Source: Nemertoderma westbladi (lineage: Eukaryota; Animalia; Xenacoelomorpha). From it: DNA of 64,000 nt. Of the stretch, positions 11,243 to 23,650 are shown in pieces; positions within the stretch are counted from its first letter, which is position 1, and every line of letters begins with the position of its first letter. The stretch spans positions 1 to 64,000 of the forward strand of contig JAUCBJ010005083.1 of assembly GCA_032718475.1 (NCBI GenBank), given 5' to 3'. The notes under the pieces were generated by a model that was not told the origin of the DNA, made no database searches, and saw nothing but the letters and a program-made list of their open reading frames with translations. The position numbers and the translations under genes are program-made.

Positions 11243-13424
11243 TGCTTCTGGATTGCGGTGTAAGCAATCTAGTCGAAAGTACCGGTCGACCGGTAACCAG
11301 TAGGCCTGACTGCCTGATCATCCGGACCGGTACCTACAGTAGTACAGGTACAGCAGTATTATTCGATTGTGGTATTGTATACCGGTAGGCTGTTTAAGAG
11401 ATTAGGGACTGTACACCCCTTGTTTCTTTTGGAGCTTACTTATTTCTGTCAGTTTTATTTATTTGTAGGCCAGTATTGAGCAGAAGGCATGTAAGCCTGC
11501 TCAGATTGTACAGATAATTTGTAGGCTTGACTGTTGTCTAACTGTTGTTAAGTCTGAACGGATTGCAGTGTGTGTAGAGCATCTGTCCGATGAAGTGCTA
11601 GTTAGGAAAGTAGGGGCTTCAAGTGCTGTGAGGTAAACCCCCTGTGAAAGAATAAGTCGTACTACTGGGTTAGAACGCATACTAACTAATCATTTCGGAG
11701 TCTGCATATACTGTAGTGTATTTGGGCTTGATAGTAGTCTGCCATCGTTTAGTCTGTACTTTGTTTGTGTAGTCTGTACGGGTAGCGTATAATTTTATTT
11801 AGATAATTTGTAGGCTGGATAGTTGTCTGGCTGTTGTTGGGTTTGAGGAAATTTCGGTGTGTGTAGAGCATCTGTCCGATAAAGTGCTAAGTTAGGAAAG
11901 TAGGGGCTTCAAGTGCTGTGAGGTAAACCCCCTGTGAAAGAATAAGTCGTACTACTGGGTTAGAACGCATACTAACTAATCATTTCGGAGTCTGCATATA
12001 CCGTAGTTTGTTTAGGCTTGATAGTAGTCTGTCAGTATTTGGTCTGCATTTTGTTTGAATAGTCTGTACGCGTAGCGTAATATTTATTATTCAGAGTTTA
12101 TGCGATTATTCGCAACATTCATATCCCCAAGTTTATTCCTACAGTAATTGTGTTTGTTATACATACCGTTATAGTTAAACTAACCCCGGTACTACATCAG
12201 GGCTGCTCGGCGTAGGTAAAGACTGGTGATTTTGTGCACTGGTCACTCCAGCAGATGCCGTGGTTCTTTTAGCTATTCAAGTATTTTTAACTACTAATTA
12301 TTTGTTGTACAAGTACTTGTACCTAATTTAGGGTTTAGTGTACAGTACTTTCCGAAGGTGATTAGTGTGTAGGCAGTATATTTGTGTTGTAAAGTGGTTA
12401 ATAGGCACGTTGGTTCTGGTAGACCGCGGTAATTAATCTCTAGGTAGGAACACTCCGTGATACATAACGTAGTACCTATAGCGATACGGTTATAGGTCGT
12501 CAGGCGGTGGTATTTTCCTATCTGGACAACGCAGTATATTTACTACTACTTATTATTTTCAAATACCGTAGTAACCTGTCCGTTGTAATAACCAGATATT
12601 CTAACCCTTTGTTAGGCTGGTTAGTAGACTTCTTGTAAAATTACCCTAAAAATTTGTATTTGTGTATTTGCAATTAAATTTTTGTGTTTATTTAGAGATT
12701 GTAATCTCAACCCGAATTGTACGTAATTTGTAGTATTAAGTAACTTAGGTAAATTAGAATTATTTGTTTTAGTGTCTAACAAGTAGCACTCCACTGAGAG
12801 CGCACAGCTTATGTGTAGTGACTCCCCCAGAAATAATAACATTTATTTCAAACATTGACAAAACCCATTAAACGGGTATATATATATTATAAATCAACTC
12901 AAACGATTTATAAATAGTAGGCCTGCCATATAACAATTAGGTCTCAATATCAGTTGGACTACTGCTTAAATAACGGCAATAAAGTAAGTTAAAGTAACCA
13001 AGTAACCCTTAAAATTCAGAAATTCAATTATTTAAAATAATTGATATACCGGTATTTACAATAGGCTTATTATCTTTATTTTCATAAACTTAGGCTGAAA
13101 TCATACCGGTGTTCTGTAATTAATTCTAGTTAATAATTATACTTATATATACTATAAGTGTAAACTGCATACCGGTATCCACGATAGGCCTATTATATAT
13201 TTATATATATTTGTGCTAAAATTATACCGGTATTTTGTGAAAAACCTAGTCTGTAATAATACTTATATATACCATAAGCATACCGGTATTCTAACATTAT
13301 ATATATATCACGCTACACTGAGTAGCAGTATCGGTAATTAATTACTAGGCTAGCAGTTAATGCTGAATTACTAGACTTGCTTGGACTGTAATATAGCAGT
13401 AGGCATTCAACTGTGCAAACAAAC

Positions 13425-16205
13425 ATGTCTGATACTAAGCAGAACCTGTCAGACAGTTTATTAGATGTAACTATCTGCAACTCAGATAAGGGTGTAGAAC
13501 CGTCTACACCTAAGTTCAGTTCACCTCCCACTGTGAAGAAGGTCATCCCTCCAGTAGTAATAACAGAACCTAGGCTGGTCCAACATCGTAGGTCTATCAT
13601 AGGCACTCGAGCTCAGGTCAAGCGGGACCAAGAAGCAGCGGAACAGCAACAACCCGCGAGCCAAGAACTTATTTCTCAGCGGCCCGACAGCTCCAGTAGT
13701 GAAGATACTGTAGAGCTGACACCCGAGCGCGGAGCAAGGATGACGGATGCGGTTTATTCGGATCCCCTTCTCATCCTTCCTGCAGCCGTACTCACTAGGT
13801 TATTGATCGTGGTGGAAGAACACCAGATCGATTGGGCGAGAAGTAAGCGATCAACTAAAGATAGTTATGAGGGATACACAAGGGAAGAACTGAAGTCTAT
13901 GGTCGAGTCGCAATGGAACTTCCCCAGACCCGGACTCCCGTTTGATTTATCAGAAGCTGCCTGGGAAGACATACACCGGATGGGAGTAGCCAAGGAAACC
14001 ATCGATCCAGCTGTGTGGAAGAGGTCCGCAGCCGGATACGCACAGGGATTCTTCAGCTCTATGGAGCGAGTAAAAGAACAACTGTTTCAACAACCTCAAG
14101 GACCTCAAGAGCAGGGACAACTGCTTTATCAAGTTAGAGAAAGAATTCTGCGAATTAGGCTAATCTTATCGGCCTTTGAGGAGGCTTCTAAAAGAAGACA
14201 AGACACGTCGTTGCAAGTTGCCGTAAAGACTTGGTTTCAACGGGTGAGTCTCCAGGTTCAAGGAACAGCTCAGTGGAAAGCTCAGCTGGAGGAGCGCTCA
14301 ACCCATGGAGAATCAACAGACGCTACTTTTTCCCAAGTGGAAAGTGAAGCGACGGCAGAGAAACCGCATAAGAGGGATGCCATTGACATCTATCTGTCAG
14401 ACTATTAGCGTTTTTTGGGAGATGAAGAGTTGAGGAGAAGGCTAGATGGACTTAGCCCTAATAGTGAAGGAGCCCAGCGTGTGTTGGACGCAATTGATGT
14501 GGATAGGTTAGCGGCGAACCAAGCTAAATTCGATGAACAACTCCGCATCGCTAGAGACCAAGAAGAAAGGGTGAAGAAAAAACGCATAGAAGACAGAAAG
14601 AAAGCAGCAGTAGCAGCTGCAGAAGCCGAAAGGAAAGCAGCCGAAGAGGAAAGTAAAGCAGCCGAAATGGAAAGAAAAGCGGCAGCTGCAGAGGCAGAAG
14701 CGGAAAGAAAAGCGGCAGCGGCAGAGGCAGAAGCGAAAAGAAAAGCGGCAGCGGCAGAGGCAGAAGCGAAAAGAAAAGCAGCCGAAATGGAAAGAAAAGC
14801 GGCAAGGGCAGCGGCAGAAGCGGAGCGGATAGCGGCTGAAGAGATTGCCCAATTAGAATTGGAAAATATTCAGGAGAATCAAGACTGCCTAAATAAACAG
14901 TTAACAGCTAGTAATATGCAGATGATGAATCGATCTACTCCCAAAAGACAGGGATATACATCATCTGAGGAAGGCGATACCACCGATACTGAAGGCAAAG
15001 GAAATAGATCTCACCTAAGCAGACGTAAAAGAACATCCCACCGTCAGAAATTGCCTGATTTGCCTCCAGCTGTTAGAAGGCAACTAAATAACACCAACTT
15101 AGGTAGTACAGAACCCACAGACCAAATAATTACAATAGAAAGACTCCCTACTATAGTAGATGAGCCTGAAATAATTAGGCCTGTTCCCGAAGCCACCCTT
15201 TCGGTGGTAGAGACACCTGTACTCCCTGAATCTACCTCTAAATTCCCTTTGCACAGTACCAAGCTACCTGTGCCCAGCAGAACAGCCCATGAGACAGTTC
15301 ATGCCCTGGACTCCGAGCGAAATATTCATGATTTGTCGCCCGTTGTCCCTCGTCCGCCCGCTACAACGTTGGCGAATCCCGCTTCGGCGGTCGAATGGGT
15401 GGATGAGAGACGACGGGGGATGGATCTCCTGCTCGGACAGATGCAGGAGACCGTTCAGCAATTCAAGGGCACAGTAAGGGAAAGTAGGCTAGAGTTGCAA
15501 GAAGTGCAGCAAAGTATCGCGCTAGAATGCGATAAATTAGTAAATACACAAAAGGGTATACCACCACCCCCTGTAACAATGTGTCAACCTGTTAGGTCTG
15601 AAGTATCTCATGCGCAAGGTGTGGAGCCTACACGCATCTATACTGCTAGCGAAGTAGAAACTCCTATAGTGAACCCTATTAAGGGTAATTATAGACCTGT
15701 TGATAATGATATTCCCTATAGACCGGATCATAATCCGAGAAATTTATATACCGATAACTCGATATTAAATAACACGATGGCCCAAGAAAGTTTTACGCGT
15801 CAAATGGCTAGAACCGAAGCCCGGCAAGCTGTAAAGGTGGGAGAGATCGTCAAGTTCAATGGAGATGAGATGAAATGGTTACCTTTTAATGAATATTACA
15901 AAGATAACATACAGAACTCTGTGCTATCTAATGGAGAGAAACTTAGATTCCTCATCGAGTGCTTGGAAGGATCTCCCAAGTTAATGGCGTTAAAGTTTAT
16001 TGGACATCCAGACGGATTAAGACAAGTTTGGGATACACTAAACATCAGGTATGGTAATAGGAATAACATAGCTGGGTATTTGTATGCAAAGTTGGTAGCG
16101 CCCTGAAAGTTTATTAGCAGCGGAATTATAGAGTTTTCCGATGAAATTCAGGAGATCTGCAGACAATTAGATTGGCTAGGTAAGTCTCATGAGTATCAGA
16201 ATGCT
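13425..16205 (+). pseudogene. Copy B gag N-terminal part, interrupted by TAG (14406) and TGA (16104)
   Basis: Same frame as pol from ATG 13425. Copy A has CAA and CGA at these codons. Includes an Ala/Glu/Lys coiled-coil repeat and the BEL gag motif KFNGD..W..F. Confidence 0.88.
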
Positions 16206-19200
16206 ATGGTTATTAGAGCAGTGGCTTCTACTTTACCGAAGGGCGGAGTAGGTACACGCTGGGATAAGAAAGTGTTATATATGATGGAACAACAACGACG
16301 AGACCCTACCATGGCTGATCTCATGTCATTCCTAGATGGAGAAGTGAAATTACAGCTCCTAAAACTGTCCAGAGAGAAGACACCGGAAAACAAGGTAAGT
16401 GAAAAACCCGTCTCTAGGAGAAAGGTAACACCAGAGTGTTATACAGATGACGGCGAAAGCCAGACTTCTCAAGGAGAAGATAGCGGGAAAGACACTGACA
16501 GATCTTATTACGTAAATAAAATGCCTAAAGATCAGGTAAGTAAATTCAAGTCTCGAACCAATGACAGGAGAGAACAGGTAAGAAAAACTCCTCCTACGTC
16601 TCCCAAGAGAATTCAGGTGAGAAAGCCCGAAGAAAAAACAAGTGTACACAATGTTACTCAGAGTAAGGTGAGTAACATCAAACCGAAATGTGCGCTATGT
16701 GATGGGACCCATCGCTTAAATATGTGTGATGAATTTCTAAAGAAATCATTAACTGAGAGACGTGAAGTCATGTGGGATAAGCGGTTGTGTTATAATTGCC
16801 TCAGACAAGGACACCAACGGCGAACCTGTTACTCTGACACAAGATGTGCCAAGTGCGGTGCGAAACATCATATCTTGTTGCACACTGAATTCGAGCGAAA
16901 TAGTCCGAGTCAGGTAAGTGATTCCGAACTACATGTCCAATTCAGTGATGTGAACGACACTGATCAATCTGAGATGGAAGGATTCTATACAGACGAGTTC
17001 TCCGACGAAAACGAATCCTGTTACATGATAAATACCACAGTGTATCGAGCACTTACTTATGAAAAGGATACGGACAGCGACCTTACCCTAACTACTTCTG
17101 GTCAACCACCATTTTGGAAAGCGCCAACTTCCAATGTAGGGATTAGAGAATTTCCTGTGGTACAGGTAAGGGTCCACGGACCAAAAAGGAGTTATGTAGT
17201 GAACGCCCTCCTTGACTCCGGTAGTACAGGAACATTCATCGACAAAGAGCTAGCCGAAGACATATTCGCTGGACAACCCAAGTTCCGAACTAAGCTAAAC
17301 ATGTCAGGAATTATGCAAGTTTGGAAATCCACAGTAACAGCGGATTATTATGTAGGTGCGTTGTCCACCCCCCAGGACGAACTAGGAGAACATAGCATAA
17401 GGTCAGTGAAAATGGTGGCTATAAAGAACTTCGCTACTACTCAAGCAGACCTTTATAATTGGGACGAGGATGAGAGCATCCAACATCTTAAGATACCTCG
17501 ATTCCAGACTAATTATCCTGGAGTGCAAATACTCATCGGCCAAAACGCGCATGAGGCGCTCGAGACATTGGAGAAACGGCCTGCTCAACCGCAGCCACTA
17601 CAAACCTATGCGGTAAGAACTAGAGTAGGTTGGTACTTTACTGGCCCTTCCCGTAGAACTCTCATGGAAAGATTACCGAAAGATCAGGTATATCAAGCGC
17701 GAGAATGGGAAGTTGAGAACAGTGAGTTCGACGATCCAACTGAGGGAACTCCATACTCCTCAGACAACGACGATATACATCAACTCTTCGATGAGGAGAA
17801 TGCCACCGATCTCCTTAAGGAAAGCGAGACTTGGCAAAATCAAGTGAACTTATGTCAACTCCTTCTCCCATCCGAGCGAGACGACTATAACGACGAGCTT
17901 AATGACGTCATTGAACGTTATAATGCCAAGACTCGGGATGAACACGCCGTGAGATTCTTTACTCAAGAGGTCGTAGAGCCCAACTCCTACGATAAGGCCC
18001 TATCGGTGGAGGAAGAAAGAGCCAAGCAGATCCAAGCGACAACTACTCGTTTTCTTAAAGATCAAGGTAGGTATGAGATCGGACTTCCTTTCCGAAAGCG
18101 AGAACCAAAGTTCATTAACAACAGACCTTTGGCGGAGAAAAGAATTGCTCAACTACATCGACGCCTTACGGCAAATTCTTCAGCTAAAGAAATGTATCAA
18201 ACGCAGTTGAAGAAGTTTATTAGCAAGGGATATGCGGAGCTAGTACCGGAAGAAACACCCATAACTGAGAGAACGTATTATTTAACTCACCATTACGTTC
18301 CCAAACCCGGTAAACCCCATGAAGTACGAGTGGTGTTTGACGGTTCCGCCCTTTATATGGGCCAATCTCTTAATTCTGAATTGTTACCCGGACCCAACTT
18401 ACTTCAATCCTTGTTGGGAATACTATTAAGATTAAGACAATACTCCATTGCTTTCGCCTCAGATATAGAAGGCATGTTCTTACAAGTCAAAGCGCTGGAT
18501 AGGGATCGGGATAGTCTACGATTTTTGTGGTGGCCTGAAGGAGACCTCAATAAGAAACCTGTGGAGTACTGGATGACCATCCAAGCCTTTGGGATAATCT
18601 CGAGTCCTTCAAACGCCTGTTCCGTGGTGCGCAACACTGCGGATGACAACCGAGACGCCTTCTCTAAAGAAGTGATCGACAATATCAAACGAGACATCTA
18701 CATGGACGATAATCTGAAGTCCCTTCTATCAGTAGAAGAAGCCATTGAGGTCGCTAAAGGAACGGTAGAATGCTTAAAGAAAGGAGGATTTCGATTAACT
18801 AAATTCACTAGCAACTCCCGTGAGTTTCTGGAGTCGATCCCGGTAGAAGATCGAGGAACAAAAGACCTAGATCTAATAAAGGATGATCTCCCAGAAACTA
18901 AGACCCTTGGTTTGAAATGGGACACAGAAAGAGATATCCTGTTTTTCCAATTAAAACAGCGAGATAATCCAGTTCGGACTAAACGGATTTGTTTAAGTAT
19001 CCTGAGCACTTATTTCGATCCATTGGGATTTATTAGCCCAGTTATATTGATTGCTCGGAGTTTAGTACAACAAATGTGGCTTGAAAACCACTCATGGGAC
19101 GATCCACTTAAGGGAGAATTATTAAAGAAGTGGATGAAATGGGAAGATTCTCTACCAGCCATCGAAAACTTTATAATTTTTTTCATTTATAATTTTTATC

Positions 19201-21611
19201 ATTTACAAAGTTCATATTTTGGTCATGTTCTCCCTACGTATTCATATCAACTCCATGTGTTTGGAGACGCCAGCGATATGGGAATCGGTATAGTAGCCTA
19301 CCTAAGGGTGGAAACTCCGGACGGAATTAAAGTCGCCTTGGTTACCTCTAAGGCATTAATAAACAACAAGTTGAAAGTTCCTCGAGCGGAGTTAAAAGCG
19401 GCTCTATACGCTACAGCCATCGGCCGGAATGTAACAGAACAGATCGACTATCCCCTGGAGAAAACTGTCTATTGGACCGACGCTTTACTCGTGTTGGAGT
19501 ATATAACCAATGAAGTCTGTCAGTTCAGCGTCTTCGTTACCAACAGAGTAGCTATTATACTCAGTCGCACGACGATGGATCAATGGAGACATTGCCCCGG
19601 AACGATTAATCCAGCGGACATCGCTTCCAGGGGAGCAACTCCACAAGAACTGGTAGATACTCCAGACTGGTTAGGTGGACCCGACTTCCTCTACAAAGAA
19701 GAAGAAGAATGGCCTCCTCATCTTACTACAGCAGAAATTAGACAGGCCAAGGGAGCGGAGAAAGTCAAGCCTAAAACTCAGGCGAGTAAATCGAAGTTAT
19801 TCAAACCCACAGTAGATCTGTCTGTACTACATACTTCCGGAGACGACGCTTTGGATCAGAAACCCACAGCCACAAATAAACCCATTGTGGAAATCCGTGA
19901 TAAGGATTGGAAATCTGGTATACCAGACGTCTCGCAAGGACTCTCACCTCTTCTGCAGAGAGCGATGCATCACTACAGTTCCTGGAATCGGCTTTGTAAG
20001 GCCGTTACATATTTAAAGAGATGTTTTCACCATCACTACTCTGGGATGAAAACAAAGGGTGATACCGCTCCAATCACATCAGTGCAGGTCCATGTTATTA
20101 AAGACCTTCCTAAATATAAGGTACCCGACAAGTTTCTGAAGGAGAAGATCAGTTATCAGGAGCATGAAGAAACCAACAAACAGATGCTGAGACTCTTACA
20201 ATGCTATGAAGATTCCGATAAGTATTTCCTGTTGTTGAGAAATCCACAGATGCGCTTAAGGGATCGTTTCTCTAGCACAATGATAGATGGGTTGATACGT
20301 GTTGGAGGAAGGTTAACGAATGCCCCATTATCCTTTGATACTAAGTTCCCCATACTCATTAGAAATCTTGAAATACAAGTCAAGATGATTGTAGATGTTC
20401 ACAGTAAGCTTTATCATGCTGGTAGAGAACGAGTTCTTAGCGAAATTCGAACTCGCTATTATTTTTATAAACCCCGTAGAGCTCTGAACCAAGTTCTTAG
20501 GAACTGTATACCCTGTAGGAAAGCATTCAGTAGGCCTTTAACACAGCGAGAGGCAGAATTACCTAGGGAACGACTAAGCTTTTATGAACCACCCTTTACT
20601 AATACCGGTGTGGATTTATTTGGCCCTATTGAAGTATATCGTGCTAGGACTATAGTCAAGAGATGGTGTGTAATCTTTGTTTGTATGACTTGTAGAGCCA
20701 TCCATCTCGATATGGTGAACGATTTATCTACCAACAGCTTTCTATTAAGCTTACGACGACAGATCGCTCGCTTTGGCACTAGTAACACGATGAGATCTGA
20801 TAAGGGAACAAACTTCATTGGTGCCAACAATGAAATTAAAGCTTACGTCAAAGATTGGAACCAAAGACAGGTGGATGACCAACTACGAGTAACAGCGTCT
20901 AGTTGGACCTTCAACGCCGCCGACGCCCCTTGGTGGGGAGGAAGTTGGGAGAGATTAATAAGAAGTGTGAAGACGGCATTTCATTTTATAGTGCCTTGCC
21001 GCGCTTATCTCACCGACGAACTTTTGCGGACGTTAATGGAAGAAATCGCCGCCTATCTCAACGAGAGACCGCTTATGCCAGTCTCATCGAGTCCCGATTC
21101 CCTGGAAGCGCTAACACCCGCGCACTTCCTACTGAAGAAACCTGTAGCCATGCTCTCACAATCGGAAATCACAGACGGAGACGAATACTGCCGACAAACT
21201 TGGCAACTCATGCAGTTGTTATCCCGTCGTTTCGCTGACCATTTCGAAAAACATTATCTGCCCACGCTACAACTTCGAACTAAGTGGTTTGCGCAGCAAG
21301 GAAACGTTAGCGCTGGAGACATGGTTCTTATTGTGGATGTAGATCTTCCACGTAAGAGGTGGCAGACAGGTCGTATCATCGAGACTCACATCTCGGATGA
21401 CGGTTTGGTGCGATCGGTAGAACTCGTCGTCATGCGACGTAACTTCAAGAAACCGGGAATTGTCTTCGAGACGCAGCAGCTCAATCGCCCAGTGGGACGT
21501 TTATGTTTACTGGAAAGAGACAGAGAACTCTCCGGAAACTATGGGAGACAAGATACTCTTCCCACGACCACCTCCCTAATCCAACAAACATCTAGGGACT
21601 CCCCAACTTAA
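16206..21611 (+). CDS. BEL/Pao gag C-terminus and pol: zinc knuckles, aspartic protease, RT, RNase H, integrase
   Basis: 1801-aa open frame with CALC/CYNC/CAKC knuckles, ALLDSGS, RVVFDGS, DIEGMFLQV, YMDD, VFGDAS, PRAEL, NPADIASRG, HHCC, GVDLFGP, SDKGTNF and WERLIRSVK, in PR-RT-RH-IN order. Confidence 0.97.
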   Translation: MVIRAVASTLPKGGVGTRWDKKVLYMMEQQRRDPTMADLMSFLDGEVKLQLLKLSREKTPENKVSEKPVSRRKVTPECYTDDGESQTSQGEDSGKDTDRSYYVNKMPKDQVSKFKSRTNDRREQVRKTPPTSPKRIQVRKPEEKTSVHNVTQSKVSNIKPKCALCDGTHRLNMCDEFLKKSLTERREVMWDKRLCYNCLRQGHQRRTCYSDTRCAKCGAKHHILLHTEFERNSPSQVSDSELHVQFSDVNDTDQSEMEGFYTDEFSDENESCYMINTTVYRALTYEKDTDSDLTLTTSGQPPFWKAPTSNVGIREFPVVQVRVHGPKRSYVVNALLDSGSTGTFIDKELAEDIFAGQPKFRTKLNMSGIMQVWKSTVTADYYVGALSTPQDELGEHSIRSVKMVAIKNFATTQADLYNWDEDESIQHLKIPRFQTNYPGVQILIGQNAHEALETLEKRPAQPQPLQTYAVRTRVGWYFTGPSRRTLMERLPKDQVYQAREWEVENSEFDDPTEGTPYSSDNDDIHQLFDEENATDLLKESETWQNQVNLCQLLLPSERDDYNDELNDVIERYNAKTRDEHAVRFFTQEVVEPNSYDKALSVEEERAKQIQATTTRFLKDQGRYEIGLPFRKREPKFINNRPLAEKRIAQLHRRLTANSSAKEMYQTQLKKFISKGYAELVPEETPITERTYYLTHHYVPKPGKPHEVRVVFDGSALYMGQSLNSELLPGPNLLQSLLGILLRLRQYSIAFASDIEGMFLQVKALDRDRDSLRFLWWPEGDLNKKPVEYWMTIQAFGIISSPSNACSVVRNTADDNRDAFSKEVIDNIKRDIYMDDNLKSLLSVEEAIEVAKGTVECLKKGGFRLTKFTSNSREFLESIPVEDRGTKDLDLIKDDLPETKTLGLKWDTERDILFFQLKQRDNPVRTKRICLSILSTYFDPLGFISPVILIARSLVQQMWLENHSWDDPLKGELLKKWMKWEDSLPAIENFIIFFIYNFYHLQSSYFGHVLPTYSYQLHVFGDASDMGIGIVAYLRVETPDGIKVALVTSKALINNKLKVPRAELKAALYATAIGRNVTEQIDYPLEKTVYWTDALLVLEYITNEVCQFSVFVTNRVAIILSRTTMDQWRHCPGTINPADIASRGATPQELVDTPDWLGGPDFLYKEEEEWPPHLTTAEIRQAKGAEKVKPKTQASKSKLFKPTVDLSVLHTSGDDALDQKPTATNKPIVEIRDKDWKSGIPDVSQGLSPLLQRAMHHYSSWNRLCKAVTYLKRCFHHHYSGMKTKGDTAPITSVQVHVIKDLPKYKVPDKFLKEKISYQEHEETNKQMLRLLQCYEDSDKYFLLLRNPQMRLRDRFSSTMIDGLIRVGGRLTNAPLSFDTKFPILIRNLEIQVKMIVDVHSKLYHAGRERVLSEIRTRYYFYKPRRALNQVLRNCIPCRKAFSRPLTQREAELPRERLSFYEPPFTNTGVDLFGPIEVYRARTIVKRWCVIFVCMTCRAIHLDMVNDLSTNSFLLSLRRQIARFGTSNTMRSDKGTNFIGANNEIKAYVKDWNQRQVDDQLRVTASSWTFNAADAPWWGGSWERLIRSVKTAFHFIVPCRAYLTDELLRTLMEEIAAYLNERPLMPVSSSPDSLEALTPAHFLLKKPVAMLSQSEITDGDEYCRQTWQLMQLLSRRFADHFEKHYLPTLQLRTKWFAQQGNVSAGDMVLIVDVDLPRKRWQTGRIIETHISDDGLVRSVELVVMRRNFKKPGIVFETQQLNRPVGRLCLLERDRELSGNYGRQDTLPTTTSLIQQTSRDSPT

Positions 21612-22749
21612 AAACGGCTGGAGTGGGTGTGTGACCATATTATTTTATATTTGTATTTGTTTTATTTTATATTTATGTATGTATTATTATGTAATTTTAT
21701 TATAATCGTTTTCTTTAATTTTATTTAGTAGAATGTTATTTTAGTGATTATTTAGTAGATTAGTGCAATATATTAGTGTTTATTACGTACGTAATTACTT
21801 ATAATATATATTTAGTGCGACGGCGAGAAATAATTATTTTTCTCTTTCCTTACTGTCCGTATCATATTATAAATACGTGACTACAGTAAAATGAAATATC
21901 CGTACTTATTAAAGTACAATAAAGCCACTACTATATTCAAGTATTATTGGTAGGCAGAGTATTAGGAATGCAAAGTTCAGATCCTCGTGTCTCGGCTAAA
22001 CCAAGCTCTGGGTAGACCTTGGAAACGACTTGCCTCTTCACACTGACATTGCTTCGTGCGATATTGCTCTCATACCGTATATTAAATAATACATATAGTA
22101 GCGTGATGTCCCTTTAACAGTAGCGTATAACGCAAAATAAATCTGTTAAACCCTTTGACCATCTGTAATTCTAGTCGATTAAGATATCGCGGCACCCACC
22201 GATATACTTGAAAGACAAATTTCTAGAATCAATGGTTAACGTCCCCAGACATGTTCTGGAATAAACTGGTGCCCATCCTAAATATTAAGTATTAATATTT
22301 ACAAAAATCTGTCAAATATCAGATCCTTTAAAATTCTAGTCGATTAAGATATCGTAGCACTTACCGATACTCTTAAAAGGACAAAATTCCTAGAATCAAG
22401 GATCCCAGTCCCCAGACACGTTCTGGAATAAAATTGTGTCTATTTAACATTAAATAATAAAATTTACGGGAATAAATTTAAATTCAGATATTTCAATGAA
22501 TTTAATAATTGTCATTTTGTACAATTTATAACATTCCCAAAATTCCATTAATTAATAGATCATGGGAGCGGAGATTCACTCTATTAAGTGTATTTGTGTG
22601 CGAGAATCTCCAATGTATAGTCAATAGCCGATAAAATTCATAGAATCATGTATAAAGGGGATATTGACCATTAAAGAATTACTATTAAATAGCATCCCAG
22701 ATCTGTATGCATGAGAATTACCCTAATTCTACCGCTAGCTTTCCATAAT

Positions 22750-22763
22750 GTCACCATGGCAAC
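22750..22763. promoter_or_regulatory. RFX X-box-like palindrome GTCACCATGGCAAC upstream of the 3' accessory ORFs (identical at 27546-27559)
   Basis: Matches the GTNRCC-AT-RGYAAC consensus and is conserved in both copies. Confidence 0.45.
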
Positions 22764-23251
22764 AACCACGCTAGAATTAGAAGTGAGTTAAAAGAACAAT
22801 AGAAAGCATGCCCCATTGAATAGCATAGGGAATAAATAGCGCACTGCTAGTATCCAAGGATACATAATAAATACAGTGACATTCTGGAAGGTACTGACTA
22901 ACGGACAAATGGCCCGAATGTGTGCAGTTTGTTGCAGTTGTGTTGAATTTGTGTGTTTGTAGGTGAATGTTACTACTAAGGTGTGTTTACAGTAGCGAGT
23001 CGCAATTGTGAAAGTAACCCTAACTCGCCAAGAAGAACCTGCAGTACATCTAAGCCTTTGGGACGGACAGTTAAGTGACTTGTGCCGGTTATCGTTGTCG
23101 TTGTGTAGCTACATCGTTGGCGAAAGCACAGCGACGACGGTACATCGGCGCTGAGGATCTTACACTGTCCGGGGGCAAAAGAGGGGTAGGCAGCGACGCC
23201 CGCTAGCCTAATATATAGACTCATTATAATATTGATAAACTCATAGCAGAT

Positions 23252-23650
23252 ATGACTGAGTTGATAGAAGATGATCTTGGCATCAGGGAGCGATATACTC
23301 TACCTTTACAAGCGTTTGTCGATAGCTTGATACGCGGCGACGCTGGTCCAACTACTACGGAGGATGATGGTCGTTATATCGAACCGCCAATGTCCCCGGA
23401 GCAACTTACGTGTGAATTGGACTATAGAAAGTTCATCGCTCGCTATACACATCGTAATGGTACGTATATGGACTTCTTAACTACCGGTCATCCTATCGAT
23501 TTACACGACACGGACGATGTGGATACCGAAAGGGAAATGGTTTTATTTAAATATCATACCCAACGGAATCGGAACGATAAGCCAAGAATAGAACACGAGA
23601 ACTCTATTCGAAATCAGCTCGAAAGGAAGAACGCGGAAGAAGACTTGTAA
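23252..23650 (+). CDS. 3' accessory ORF, N-terminal part (copy B), unknown function
   Basis: 132-aa ATG-initiated ORF with a homologue in copy A from 28050. Confidence 0.55.
   Translation: MTELIEDDLGIRERYTLPLQAFVDSLIRGDAGPTTTEDDGRYIEPPMSPEQLTCELDYRKFIARYTHRNGTYMDFLTTGHPIDLHDTDDVDTEREMVLFKYHTQRNRNDKPRIEHENSIRNQLERKNAEEDL

Noticed and set aside
5061-21238. Many short antisense or alternate-frame ORFs over gag-pol
   Set aside because: Shadow frames of the long coding sequence with no independent motifs.
19763-21479. Integrase deletion in copy A as a spliced GT...AG intron
   Set aside because: Copy A keeps GT plus about three codons from inside the putative intron, so the junction is not a clean splice.
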